Shown piece after piece: positions 35,338-46,560 of a stretch of DNA of 64,000 bases. The notes below the pieces were generated by a model. It saw nothing but the letters and a program-made list of their open reading frames with translations. It was not told where the DNA came from and ran no database searches. The number at the start of each line of letters is the position of its first letter. Within the stretch, counting starts at the first letter, position 1. The translations under genes and the position numbers were made by a program. This DNA comes from Setoptus koraiensis. Its lineage: Eukaryota > Animalia > Arthropoda. The stretch is from assembly GCA_048013815.1 (NCBI GenBank), contig CM106586.1, positions 3,410,001 to 3,474,000 of the forward strand. The letters are read 5' to 3'.

Positions 35338-36696
35338 ATGATTAGACCAGCGAGCAAACTAATTGATAACCAGCAGCACTTAAATCATTTGCAACAATTG
35401 CAACAACATTTCCAGCAACAGCATCGAATGCACCAACAACAACCCCGAATGCTCCAGCAACAGCACCATCATCAAATGCATCAACAACATTTGGCCGACG
35501 ATCGGCAACAATCGTTTCATGATTTACAGTCACACCATCATAATTCGTTAAGCGAACATTATAACGACAATATGATCAATTTGTCAAATGGTCTACAATC
35601 GGCCAATAATCAGGTGTTGTGCGCTAGAAAACAGCGAGAATTCATTCCAGAATCTAGAAAAGATGACACTTATTGGGATAGGCGACGCAAAAACAATGAA
35701 GCTGCCAAAAGGTCTAGGGAAAAGAGGCGCATATCAGATCTATTATTGGAAACAAGAGTTATGGAATTAACACGCGAAAATGCCTTGTTGCACGCAGAAC
35801 TTTACGCTATTAAAGAAGAGTTTGGTTTACCCCCGGGACATCATTTTATCAATCCAGATAGTATTAGTGTACAAATACCCGATCTTACTTGCCGTACAAG
35901 GCGTGCCTCAGTAAGAAGTTTGATTGGCGGCGAGACTACTAGTGAAGCTGGCTCTACAACATCATCGTTATCATCTTCCACATCATCTAGTTTGAATAAT
36001 TCACTTAATGCTACTTCCGGTTCATCATCCCAAACAAATCAGGCCACTCAATTGATCACCACCACTACCAACAGCAGCAACAACAACAATAATAATAGTA
36101 ATAATAATAGTAATAGTAATAATAATAACAACCGATCAGGTCAATCGCCCCCATCACAACAATCAAACACTGCTTCGAATAATACTGGTATTTCACTCAA
36201 AAGAAGCTCGCCCTCTACACCGACCAACAATCATCAGCAAGCAGCAGCAGCAGCGGCCGCGGCGGCAGCAGCTGCTGCAGCGGCAGTAGTCACAACGAAT
36301 AACAGCCACCTGAGCCACCTTCATCTTCCTTCGAGTGATCATTTGAGCCTTCATCATCATTCTCTCCAGCAAGCTCAACAATTGCAGCAACACATACAAC
36401 AACATCTACAACAACATCAACAACAGCAACTACAACAACAACAACATAAACATCAGCGCCACCATCAGCATAATCTCCATGATCATCATTTGCTTAGGCA
36501 TAACTCACACCAAGATCCCGACGACGATGATCATGATGATGATGAACACGGAGATGAACCAGATGTAGAAAATGATCATGAACCAGAAGTTGAACATGAA
36601 CAACAATCGTCAACAACATCGAGCTGTCTGCCATTAAAATTACGACACAAATACAGAAATTCCACTATTGATAATTTTATTGTCATCAAATATTAA
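35338..36696 (+). CDS. vri: Vrille/NFIL3 (E4BP4) bZIP repressor
   Basis: bZIP RKQREFIPESRKDDTYWDRRRKNNEAAKRSREKRR...RVMELTRENALLHAEL, C-terminal CLPLKLRHK motif, and poly-Q/H/N/A tracts. An upstream exon is possible (TTGCAG acceptor near 35290). Confidence 0.93.
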   Translation: MIRPASKLIDNQQHLNHLQQLQQHFQQQHRMHQQQPRMLQQQHHHQMHQQHLADDRQQSFHDLQSHHHNSLSEHYNDNMINLSNGLQSANNQVLCARKQREFIPESRKDDTYWDRRRKNNEAAKRSREKRRISDLLLETRVMELTRENALLHAELYAIKEEFGLPPGHHFINPDSISVQIPDLTCRTRRASVRSLIGGETTSEAGSTTSSLSSSTSSSLNNSLNATSGSSSQTNQATQLITTTTNSSNNNNNNSNNNSNSNNNNNRSGQSPPSQQSNTASNNTGISLKRSSPSTPTNNHQQAAAAAAAAAAAAAAAVVTTNNSHLSHLHLPSSDHLSLHHHSLQQAQQLQQHIQQHLQQHQQQQLQQQQHKHQRHHQHNLHDHHLLRHNSHQDPDDDDHDDDEHGDEPDVENDHEPEVEHEQQSSTTSSCLPLKLRHKYRNSTIDNFIVIKY

Positions 36697-37162
36697 TGGT
36701 AAATTGCTGAATATGATACAATCCAGGAAACTAGAAATGTGGCAAGAGTGGCCATAAATCCTTCTTTAATGCTCGCAAAGGAATCGTCGGTTTCAAATTC
36801 GAACCCGGTGGAATTAGAGTAAGCATATACGGCCAATGAATTCAGTATAACGAATAGTCCTATGGCTACGATACCTTTCAAACCTAGAAAACCCCATAGA
36901 ATGCCCATGAATACAGCCAAAACCTGCCTTGACCAGTAAATAACATCCAATAATTGGTCCTGAAATGTATTTTTTCCGTTTTATTGATAAATAAATAAGT
37001 AAATAGATTCTGCTTAATATAAGTGATTGTTTTATTCTTTGTGAATCAATAAATATTATAATTTACCTTATCTTTATATATGTGATTTTTATCAAAAAAA
37101 CAAGACCAAAGACTCTTCTCATTGGCATTAGATTTAATATTTTTACTAGGAGATTTCTTCAT
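36693..37162 (-). CDS. RAB5IF: RAB5IF/OPTI (C20orf24) small multipass protein (exons 37162-37067 and 36959-36693; 120 aa)
   Basis: MKKSPSK...SLWSCFFDKNHIYKDK|DQLLDVIYWSRQVLAVFMGILWG...KEGFMATLATFLVSWIVSYS, with a phase-0 GTAAAT/TCAG intron. Confidence 0.9.
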
Positions 37163-37659
37163 CGTAATAGTTTACTATATTGTAGACTCCAAAAGATATG
37201 ACGAAATTGTGTATGTTTGTATCACAAAAGTGACGTTTAATAGGAATAATTTTAATAAGAAAAAATATGTCTAGTTTCCATTGTTTTTCCAAAACATGTG
37301 TTCAAACTGACCTATGAAACCGGTCGAGAACATGTGTTCATCTCAGATTCTACTATTTTTAGAGTCATGTTCATTCTACAATTATTCAGGACGCAGCGTC
37401 TTATTTTATGAAATACTGTCATACGAATGAACGCGGAACCAAACCATACTTCGCAAATCCAATAAAATGATTCAATTAGAGTCCGCTAGGGCGGCGTCCC
37501 CTAGCTCTCTATAAGGAGTGCCAGTGAGCCACAGTAAGAGGTGTAGTTGAGAGCGCCCCTCGTAGACACACTGTGAACTAAGCTTGAGTCTATCAAAGAG
37601 ACGCACGAAGCGCATGTGCTAGCCAAATCAACATGTTCCCTCATTGAAAAACCTCGTTG

Positions 37660-38676
37660 TTAACTCTGATGACCAAAATTATACCCATCCACGCTGGCTT
37701 TATTCTTTGATTTGCAAGAAAGATAATAGTTTCTTCTTATTGGATCTATTTGTATAAGCTTGTCGTATAGGCTGGCATCATCTGTTGGTTTGATCTTATT
37801 CTGAGCTGCATAAATTGCGTTTGCCCAACTCAAAGACAATATCACCCATTTATTGTTGGGTTCCAGCTTAAGAAGATCCTTCAAGTTCTCTATATGAGAC
37901 AAATCTAGGTGTCCAAAGTTATTTATTATCAACCAGCGATGATAGAGCCAAGGCGACTGATCATTTGGATCAGTGAAGAGGGCGTTAAGAACCATCTGGT
38001 ATTCATTTTTCCATTGAGCTATTATATTGCATGACTCATCATGAGATCCCTCTGATTTGTCTACTCCATCCAGCCTAGGATTTTTGACATCATTCAACGC
38101 CTGACAAAATATTTTATTCCTAAGGTGCCACGCACTGAAGTTAGAAAAATTACTCTTTATCTTGTCAGTTGTAAATGTTAAGTCACTCTTCGGACTGGTG
38201 CCAGCTATCTCACTAATATATTTTCTGTAGTCCCAACAGTGGAAGTTTCTCTCGTCCAAGCTGAGTAAATGGTCGCATAGCTTCAATTCATTTTCATATT
38301 CTGTCTTCGGCATCTGGGCGAGTATCCATATTCTGTGTTGCCAAACACTATATGATTTTTCGTTTTTCCGAAGACAATCCTTCGTGAAAGTTAGCTCATC
38401 TTTGTAAATGATCTCGCTATCGTCCTCGTGAACCATCACATAGGCAATCAAAGCCTCGCGCCTGATGTTCCATATTGTATAAAAATCAGGATTTACTAGA
38501 AGGAGCTCAGTGGTACTTTTGATTGCCTCATCAAGTTTTTGACCGTTTCCAATATCTTTTCTTAAAGCGAATATTTCCTTGGTTAGTTGCTGGAATTTTG
38601 CGGCTTTTTCTTTCTCTTTTTGTTTTCTTTCTTCTTCTTTCTCCTTTGATGTTTTGACTTTAACTCTCCCATGCAT
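37660..38676 (-). CDS. RABGGTA: Rab geranylgeranyltransferase alpha subunit, intronless
   Basis: MHGRVKVK start, NPDFYTIWNIRR, KSYSVWQHR, DERNFHCWDYR, NFSNFSAWHLR, DPNDQSPWLYHRWL and IDPIRRNYY. Confidence 0.96.
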   Translation of the reverse strand: MHGRVKVKTSKEKEEERKQKEKEKAAKFQQLTKEIFALRKDIGNGQKLDEAIKSTTELLLVNPDFYTIWNIRREALIAYVMVHEDDSEIIYKDELTFTKDCLRKNEKSYSVWQHRIWILAQMPKTEYENELKLCDHLLSLDERNFHCWDYRKYISEIAGTSPKSDLTFTTDKIKSNFSNFSAWHLRNKIFCQALNDVKNPRLDGVDKSEGSHDESCNIIAQWKNEYQMVLNALFTDPNDQSPWLYHRWLIINNFGHLDLSHIENLKDLLKLEPNNKWVILSLSWANAIYAAQNKIKPTDDASLYDKLIQIDPIRRNYYLSCKSKNKASVDGYNFGHQS

Positions 38677-39064
38677 CTCTGTGATAATTGCTATGCTATC
38701 GAATGTGTTGAAATTGATTGTAAATTATAAGATGATACAATATAATATTGTCAGTAAGACCTCACCAAAAGCAAAAATTGTTCAGGTTTAGCTATTTTCG
38801 CTTGATTCTCTCGTGGTACTCTCATAATGCTACTCACCCAATTCGTGATGCAGCGGTAAATTCAAAATCAAGCCGGAATTCAATTTTACCGCGCTAAAAT
38901 GAAGTGGACATAGCGAAAACGTGAGCATCTTTCGCATGTGGATGTATTTACAATTTGTTAACTGAACCATTTCTCTTTGTCCGCTACGTGTTGACATTCA
39001 CTTAGATATTTACATTTGTAAGATATATATTATCAGGACAACATAACAACAATAGACTACAACT

Positions 39065-39481
39065 ATGCTGCCCCAGAGACTGTTATTGAAGAACTTCAGA
39101 GGCCTGTTCCAGGTCAACAGAAAAGCGTTTCTGACGTCGACTGAACGCTGCGAGAACGAAGTGAGGCTAATTGGCAGGGCTGGAAACGACGCAACATCTA
39201 GAGGATCCCTCGAGCATCCAGTGGTTCAATTTACACTTGCCACCCACTCCAATTACAAGCTCGCAGACGGAGAGACCAAACAAAAGACTCAATGGCATAA
39301 GGTGGCCATATTCAAGCCAGGATTACGGCAACTGGCAGAGGAATACGTGAAAAAAGGCATCAGAATGAGTGTCAAGGGTAAAATAGAATATGGTGAGGTT
39401 ATTGATCATCTCGGCCAATCGAAGCCTACTGCAACAATTATTGCCGATGACATTATATTCTTGACGAAGCCCAACCAGTAG
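39065..39481 (+). CDS. SSBP1: Mitochondrial single-stranded DNA-binding protein
   Basis: Transit-peptide-like N-terminus, NEVRLIGRAGND, FTLATH, QKTQWHKVAIFKPGLR, VKGKIEYGE and TIIADDIIFL. Divergent from RABGGTA across about 390 bp. Confidence 0.96.
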   Translation: MLPQRLLLKNFRGLFQVNRKAFLTSTERCENEVRLIGRAGNDATSRGSLEHPVVQFTLATHSNYKLADGETKQKTQWHKVAIFKPGLRQLAEEYVKKGIRMSVKGKIEYGEVIDHLGQSKPTATIIADDIIFLTKPNQ

Positions 39482-39645
39482 CTCCGTTCAATTTGCCCGA
39501 ACCTAGATTGTGATTGTTCCCCGAAGAGCTAAATCTGAGATTTTCCCAAGCTTGTTGATAATTTCTGTACAATCCATTGTGTTCGCCGCTGGAATCAAAT
39601 GTTGATATGGTTTGCGCATCTATGGAAGACCTGTTGCTTTTGCGT
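39453..39645 (-). CDS. Duplicated cytoplasmic exon of the lectin/sushi receptor (putative alternative or additional terminal exon)
   Basis: Intact CAACAG acceptor and an open frame (R)RKSNRSSIDAQTISTFDSSGEHNGLYRNYQQAWENLRFSSSGNNHNLGSGKLNGATGWASSRI*, paralogous to the exon starting at 42639. Confidence 0.5.
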
Positions 39646-40382
39646 CTGTTGTATAGCGATGTAATGTGATGATGAGGTTGACAATCGACAATAGAGTGAC
39701 AATTCGCATTAGATTACTCCTTTGATAATCTTTGAATATTTGGTTGTTGGTGGTAGATTGATTATTGAGATTATGAGATTTTTGTGTGTTTGTTTGCCAA
39801 TTTGTTGCCAATTGCCGACACACGACGCTAAATCTGAGACGTCAAATCATGTCAATTTAAAACGCTAGATACAGGAAAAAACTCTCCGGAGCCAGATCAC
39901 AAACTATGGTCAGGGATTTGCCAACTATACCCACTCGCCGAACTCGAACAATAAACAAAGTGTATTGCCCACTTCTTCAGTCTCAAAACTCGACTTCACG
40001 CCATAATTTACACTCTAATTAATTGACTCTGCAGTAGTTTTTTTTTAATTTCATATTATTATTGTTATTGTTGATTTATTTATTATTGTGTCATTGGGAG
40101 CACTGTCTAGGGACGGCAGTAGTAGGGGACATCATTTCATCAATTTAAGTTTGCGCGTTCTGAAGATTCACATTTAATTCTCATTCTTTCTCATCAATGT
40201 TTTTAGCTTATTTACATAATAATATCACCTAGTAGCACCAGCAGCGCCAAAACAAACAAACAAACAACAACTAGACAAACTAGAATATTTGCCTCAGGTT
40301 AGGATAATGATGACGACGACTGAAAAATTATTATCATCCAATTTAATAGCTTGGTATGTCGGTGATGAGCTACAACGTGACA
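39466..40382. repeat. Segmental duplication A, copy 1 (direct copy of 42460-43379)
   Basis: Near-identical over most of its length, with an offset of about 2994-2997 bp. Substitutions cluster at the left end. Confidence 0.97.
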
Positions 40383-41709
40383 AACCGACAACAAACCGAC
40401 AGCAAGCATGTGACCACTTTGCACCGACAGTGCGCCGTTTAGTCAGCAAACATTTACACATACTCCGGCCGCTATAGTCCGGTGAGATTTGGCCGGGGTC
40501 TCGCACAAAGTCAGTGCAAGACTTGACTGTCGCTGATGGCTGACGATGGCCGAGTGACCGACACTGTTTGCTGCTGGCCGAAATGGTGCTCTAAACACCG
40601 ATTCTTCGGCTGCTGCATCACTCGCTATACTACAATTGGCACCGTTGGTCTCGATTATGATGCAATTATTTGAGGTTATCGCTACATTATTCATTAAACA
40701 TTATGACAACATTAATCAAACATTGCGCTGTTTGAGCGCACTGGCGTCTGCACCGGGCCCGCGCAATCAAATGAGCCACTGACTGTCAGTGACTGACATG
40801 TCATGTAATGATGTAATGATTCATTTGGTGCGATGGCACCGCAACGTGAGCCCACCAACTGACCGGCCAATACGACACAAGCCAAACAAAGGCAACCTTT
40901 CGACACTGTGAGCGCGTCAGTGTTGCTCGACTCGAACGGCTCGCCACTGCAGTGGACGCACAATTGGCAACAAGCTGCCACCCGACAGACGCTTGACCCA
41001 ATAAGTTGTGTTGCGTAACAAGTTATGCAAATGTGAGCCGGCGTGCGCAGCATCACAACGCATTGGCATTGCTTGAGATTGGCTGGCAGAGAATTGAGAC
41101 AAGTGCAACTTGCGCAATCAAACAAGCGAGTGTAAACAAGTGTAAACAAAATGGTCGTTCGTGCCACTCGACTGCGTGCAAACAATTCCGCTATTGTGAC
41201 CATACATTCACAAGTACGTAATGGCGCCGCTCACCTGGCGGCTCATCAGCTCATCGATGAGCAACACTTGTAACTTGCAAGTTGTGAGACTGGACTACAT
41301 ATTAATATATAATAGTATGACTCATGCACTGTCATGGCATGGTAAACATCGATCAGCTGCTTGTGACAGCGACGACAGCATATGACGATGACACCACTTG
41401 TGCCGGCAAGCTTGTGACGGCAAGCTTGTGACGTTGAGTTGTGACGGTGAGTTGTGAGTGGCCAATTTGGGCTGTATTAATGATGGTGTATATAATGGTA
41501 TATGTAATGGTTTATATAATGGTTTATATAATATATTATTAATTATTGCTATTTACATTTGTTATTTACACATTGTTGGCAGTGACAACAACAAGTGCCT
41601 AAAGGCAGTTTTAGCTTTGCATAACCTTTCAAAAGTTTCGACATGCCCGCTAATAGTTTGTTGATGCGGCCAGTGTATTTGTGGCACAACATTTTGTGCA
41701 GTTGTGTTG
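40383..41709. repeat. Duplicated segment B, copy 1 (diverged direct copy of about 58591-59959)
   Basis: Shared blocks such as TGACCACTTTGCACCGACAGTGCGCCGT and ATGTCATGTAATGATGTAATGATTCATTTGGTGCGATGGCACCGCAA...GGCAACCTTTCGACACTGTGAGCGCGTCAG, with multiple indels. Confidence 0.95.
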
Positions 41710-41834
41710 TTGTACTGATGGGCCCCTAGTGCCGAACATGATAAGTGTGTTGTTGTTTGGTGTGACATGCCCGTATTTGTTTCCGTTTGTCCGGGTCGCT
41801 CGCCATCAATCGCCAAAACAATACGTGTCAATTA

Positions 41835-42639
41835 TCAATTATACCTGTTTGCTCTGTTTCTCGGAGATGAAGAATGTTGATTGAGCGCTGTCGGTGACCA
41901 TTGTGATGTGTAAGGAACGTGATCCAACGAATGATCGCTCGGTGGCGAAGCACGCGACGATTGTGTAGTGGACGATGGCGTTGAAGCCGACGACTGATTG
42001 TGATGATTGCTCATTAGGCCCACCGATCTACCAATAGAGTTTGTAGAATATATGCGCTTGTTTGCCAGATTCATCACCTGTCCGGCGGCTCTGTCCTCGT
42101 TGGAACGTGAATATAGCGCTGCAACGTCCGCATTTAGTGTCAGCTCATTTGAATCTCTGAAGCCCTCATTAACGCCGTGATGTTGACCATTGTAGCCAGC
42201 TCCTCCTGTATAACTGTATTTTGTGCCACCGCCGGCATTACCGTTTGCGCCATTGTGATGCAAATGGTGCTCGCTGCCACTTGTTTGCGACGATGCACTG
42301 CCTGGGCTACCATTAGAAGAATTCGACGAATGCTGATGATGTAACAATGATTCTGTTCCGTTATGATGATGATTGAGATGATGATGGTGATGGTGAAGCA
42401 GTGTCGATGGCGTTGTAAAGTGATGTCCGGTATTATTTGAACCGTCGTTCATTGTGCCGGGAGCGCAACCAATGGCCCCGTTCAATTTGCCCGGACCCAG
42501 GTTGTGATTGTTGCCCGACGAGCTAAATCTGAGATTTTCCCAAGCTTGTTGATAATTTCTGTACAATCCATTGTGTTCGCCGCTGGAATCAAATGTTGAT
42601 ATGGTTTGCGCATCTATGGAAGACCTGTTGCTTTTGCGT
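41835..42639 (-). CDS. Lectin/sushi receptor: main cytoplasmic exon (His/Ser/Asn-rich tail)
   Basis: Phase-2 CAACAG acceptor matches the TM exon donor. Reads RKSNRSS...YQQAWENL... and ends at RYN* (41835) or at a weak AG|GTATAA donor (41845). Confidence 0.8.
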
Positions 42640-43379
42640 CTGTTGTATAGCGATGCAATATGTGATGATGAGGTTGACAATCGACAATAGAGTGACAATT
42701 CGCATTAGATTACTCCTTTGATAATCTTTGAATATTTGGTTGTTGGTGGTAGATTGATTATTGAGATTATGAGATTTTTGTGTGTTTGTTTGCCAATTTG
42801 TTGCCAATTGCCGACACACGACGCTAAATCTGAGACGTCAAATCATGTCAATTTAAAACGCTAGATACAGGAAAAAACTCTCCGGAGCCAGATCACAAAC
42901 TATGGTCAGGGATTTGCCAACTATACCCTTTCGCCAAACTCGAAACAATAAACAAAGTGTATTGCCCACTTCTTCAGTCTCAAAACTCGACTTCACGCCA
43001 TAATTTACACTCTAATTAATTGACTCTGCAGTAGTTTTTTTTTAATTTCATATTATTATTGTTATTGTTGATTTATTTATTATTGTGTCATTGGGAGCAC
43101 TGTCTAGGGACGGCAGTAGTAGGGGACATCATTTCATCAATTTAAGTTTGCGCGTTCTGAAGATTCACATTTAATTCTCATTCTTTCTTATCAATGTTTT
43201 TAGCTTATTTACATAATATTATCACCTAGTAGCACCAGCAGCGCCAAAACAAACAAACAAACAACAACTAGACAAACTAGAATATTTGCCTCAGGTTAGG
43301 ATAATGATGACGACGACTGAAAAATTATTATCATCCAATTTAATAGCTTGGTATGTCGGTGATGGGCCACAACGTGACA
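42460..43379. repeat. Segmental duplication A, copy 2
   Basis: Direct copy of 39466-40382. Confidence 0.97.
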
Positions 43380-44461
43380 CCTACTCTGCTACTTCGTCTA
43401 TTTCGTGTAACACTAATAATTGTAGCCAATAAATAATGTACATAGACAAGGGCGATGATAATAACGGTGTTGTCGACGTGATAAACGTGATAATGACACA
43501 AGGTGATGGTAGAGGAAAAGAAGCAATAGATGATGATGTTAATTGTTGTGTACAGAGATAGACAGAGACAGACAGAAACAGAACGCTGATTCTTAGCTGG
43601 AAGTGGAAGAGAGTGTCAACGTTATAGGCTACAGAGACAGGTCTGATGAGAGTTTCGACAGCTAACTGAGTTGAGGGACCCACGGGCAGATGCTGAGAGA
43701 GCGAGGCAGATTCAGAGAGCCGGAAGTTGAGTTTGAAGCTTGGAGAGCATGCCACGGAAAGCCCACATGCAGCCATGGTGATATATGGGGGCGTGCAGGA
43801 GAGAGGTTCGTAGAGTTGGCTGTGAGTTTCAAAGTCCAACACCGGATGTATACGCTTGCATACATCCGGTGTTGCGTAACTCAAGTTAGTGTGAGTGTTA
43901 TACAAGAGTAGTTGTTATATCTGGTCTGAATTGTAGCGTGCTCGCCCGTTGATTGTCTAACTATTGTATATTGTAATATAAATATATATTTATATATAAA
44001 TATTCATATATATATATCGATCTCTATGCTACTGCTGTCTCTGAGATTAAATTATTAAATTCACCGTTATACGCACTGAATAGAACGCTCATTTACATCT
44101 CACTTGTAATGAATAATTTGTAATAATAAAAAAAATAATAGACCCATAGAGATGATAAAAGCCACTCGTCACAGAATAGATACCCCAATCATACAAATTG
44201 TGCGTGTATATTTATAACCTGATCAACATGCTTCATTGTTATTGTTATTGTCAGACCCAAATCAAGGCTCCGAGAGAGTTTTTGCTGAGCGATCGTCTGG
44301 CTCATCACAGATACAGCAGACGGCAACTGAAAAAATCGCAAAGGTGCGAGGGAACGGGTTGGGCAATATCGGGTTGGGACCGGCGTGTCAGCAGCATCAT
44401 ATTGCATTGATATTACATTCGTTGATCGTATTTATTGGAATTATCCCTTGCGATTGCTTAC

Positions 44462-45779
44462 CTTTTGATTATGATCACTATTATGGTTATTATTGCACCT
44501 AAGAAAATAAATCCACCGAATATGGCCACGGCAAATATGCCCTCCAAACTGAATCTGGCCGAGGCCATATTCAGTCTGTTGTTGATTGTTTGTTGGGGTC
44601 CCGGCAAACTGTTGCTGCTCGACTGCATGTGATGGTGATGATGGTGATCTTGAACGGCGGACACGTTCAAATTGTTGTTGTTGTTGTTGTTGTTGACATC
44701 GTGATGCTGCCTGTCGCTATTGTGATGACTGTTCAACGGATTATATTGTGACTTTACTATAACGGGCTGACTCGGGCTGGCCAGTGAGGCCGACGAAGAA
44801 GCGGCCGACGACAAAATGTGCAGCGGAGTGTATTTGTTGTTGTTGTTGTTACTTTGCGCCGTTGAGCCGAACGGGGCGACAACTCTGTTATTGTTGTTGT
44901 TTGCTTGTTGTTGCAGCTGGTGCGAGCTTGGCGAATTGGTTGTTGTCGGTTGTTGCGGCAGCCTGTATCTTTGGGTGCTGGTATCGATTTGCGCATTTGA
45001 GTTGTCTTGTGCTTGTGTTGTGGTTGTCGTGGTTGTAGTTGGCATAAGTTGGGCATTGTTGCCAGTGTTGTAACCATTTATGAATAGACCTGGCTGCTGA
45101 TTGATTTGATTTGATGCGGGCTGTTGGGTGCTCGCCGACGATATGCTGCCAACATTTGATGACGCGCCCGTTGTTACGTGATGCTGCTGCTGAGGTGTGC
45201 TAGTAGTGTGAATATTGTTGTTGTTGTTGTTGTTGCTGTTACCTGTTGTTGTGCCAAAATTAGCCACACTGCCAACAGGTGAGGGGGGCATGTAGCTGGA
45301 CACACTGGTCGATTGTGAGGCTTTCCTGTTTTGCTGTTCGTCCTGTTGCTGCTGATTTGTTGCTGTTGTTGTTTGTACATTTGATGGCATGACTGGTCCG
45401 TTTATGGAGGCTGCCAGAATGGAATTAATTTGTTTCAAATCCAACGGTGTCAGCGTGTTGTGGCCCGTCGGTGGTTTATGGTGATTTGTTGCCGGTGAAT
45501 TGTTAATAGCAAACGCATTGGTGTTATTTGTTGTTGTTGTTGTTGTTTGTGATTGTGTGTTGGTAGCCATCATAGCAGCAGCCGACGGCGACAACACATT
45601 CAAGATATAGTGACGCAACATGGATGAGAGATTTATTAGATTAGATAAGGATAATTGCGATGGCTGCAAATTGGCCTCATTAGGGCCCATGCTGGACATG
45701 GCTGCTGCTGCTGCAAAATGGCTGCTCGTCGATGGCGCTCTCGATGACGACTGCTGTGTCGTCATCGAGAGCCTCCATA
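44462..45779 (-). CDS. Lectin/sushi receptor: low-complexity stalk plus transmembrane exon
   Basis: Long Thr/Asn/Gln/Ser-rich ORF ending ARFSLEGIFAVAIFGGFIFLGAIITIIVIIIK, then an AG|GTAAGC donor at 44461. The acceptor position (45779) is inferred from phase. Confidence 0.8.
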
Positions 45780-46482
45780 CTATGCACTCCATACTATGCA
45801 CTCCATACTGTAGAGTGACAGCCATAAAAACTGAAAAACATAACGGATCACATTGCATCACATGCGAATATTACATAATAATACAATATTCCAATGCGTG
45901 TGTGCGCTATGCTATTATCATAATAGTATTATGTGTGCTGGACGGCATTGTTACAATTGATCGGGCGCGTCAGTTACGTCATCGAGTTGCCAGCGTCCAG
46001 GCGACGGCGTTGCCAGTTGATGGGGGCAACCGTCAACAGTGTCAACTGTCAACAGCGTCAACTGTCAACAGCGTCAGCTGGAATTGCGGCCCGCCAAAAC
46101 AAACAGCGACAAACGAAACGATTGGTGTTTGTTTTTGTGGCCACTTTGGCTTTGGGGCCATTTAACTTTTCAAAAGTAAACCACTAATTGATGCCAATCA
46201 ATGGTGCGGCGCTGTCAACTCTCTGTTTCCATGGCGCCCGACCCAGTATAATGTGTCCCTGTGGCTGGGTGCGCATGACTTATGCTTATGCGATCACTTT
46301 GCGGATATTATCCGTCAGGTAATCGCATCCGATCGCTTATCGGGGTCATACAGCGGCACACAGTGCAGTGTTGGTTCATGCAAAACAGGCAGGCGATTAC
46401 CTGATAACATCAACATTGCATCATGCATGCTGTTGTGATGCTGTTGTTGCCGATATCACAGTCGTATTGTGCGTTTGGGTGC

Positions 46483-46560
46483 ATGCAACAGGTGAGATGC
46501 AACAGGCGAGATGCAACAGGCGAGATGCAACAGGTGAGATGCAACAGGTGAGATGCAACG
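46483..46560 (+). promoter_or_regulatory. 14-bp tandem array ATGCAACAGGYGAG x5 (Scratch/Snail-type site in three units)
   Basis: The repeat is seen directly. GCAACAGGTG matches the Scratch-family SELEX consensus. Function is inferred. Confidence 0.4.

Noticed and set aside
43380-43905. Possible solo LTR (TG...CA ends, TGTAACAC/GTGTTATACA)
   Set aside because: No target-site duplication, primer-binding site or second copy in the window.
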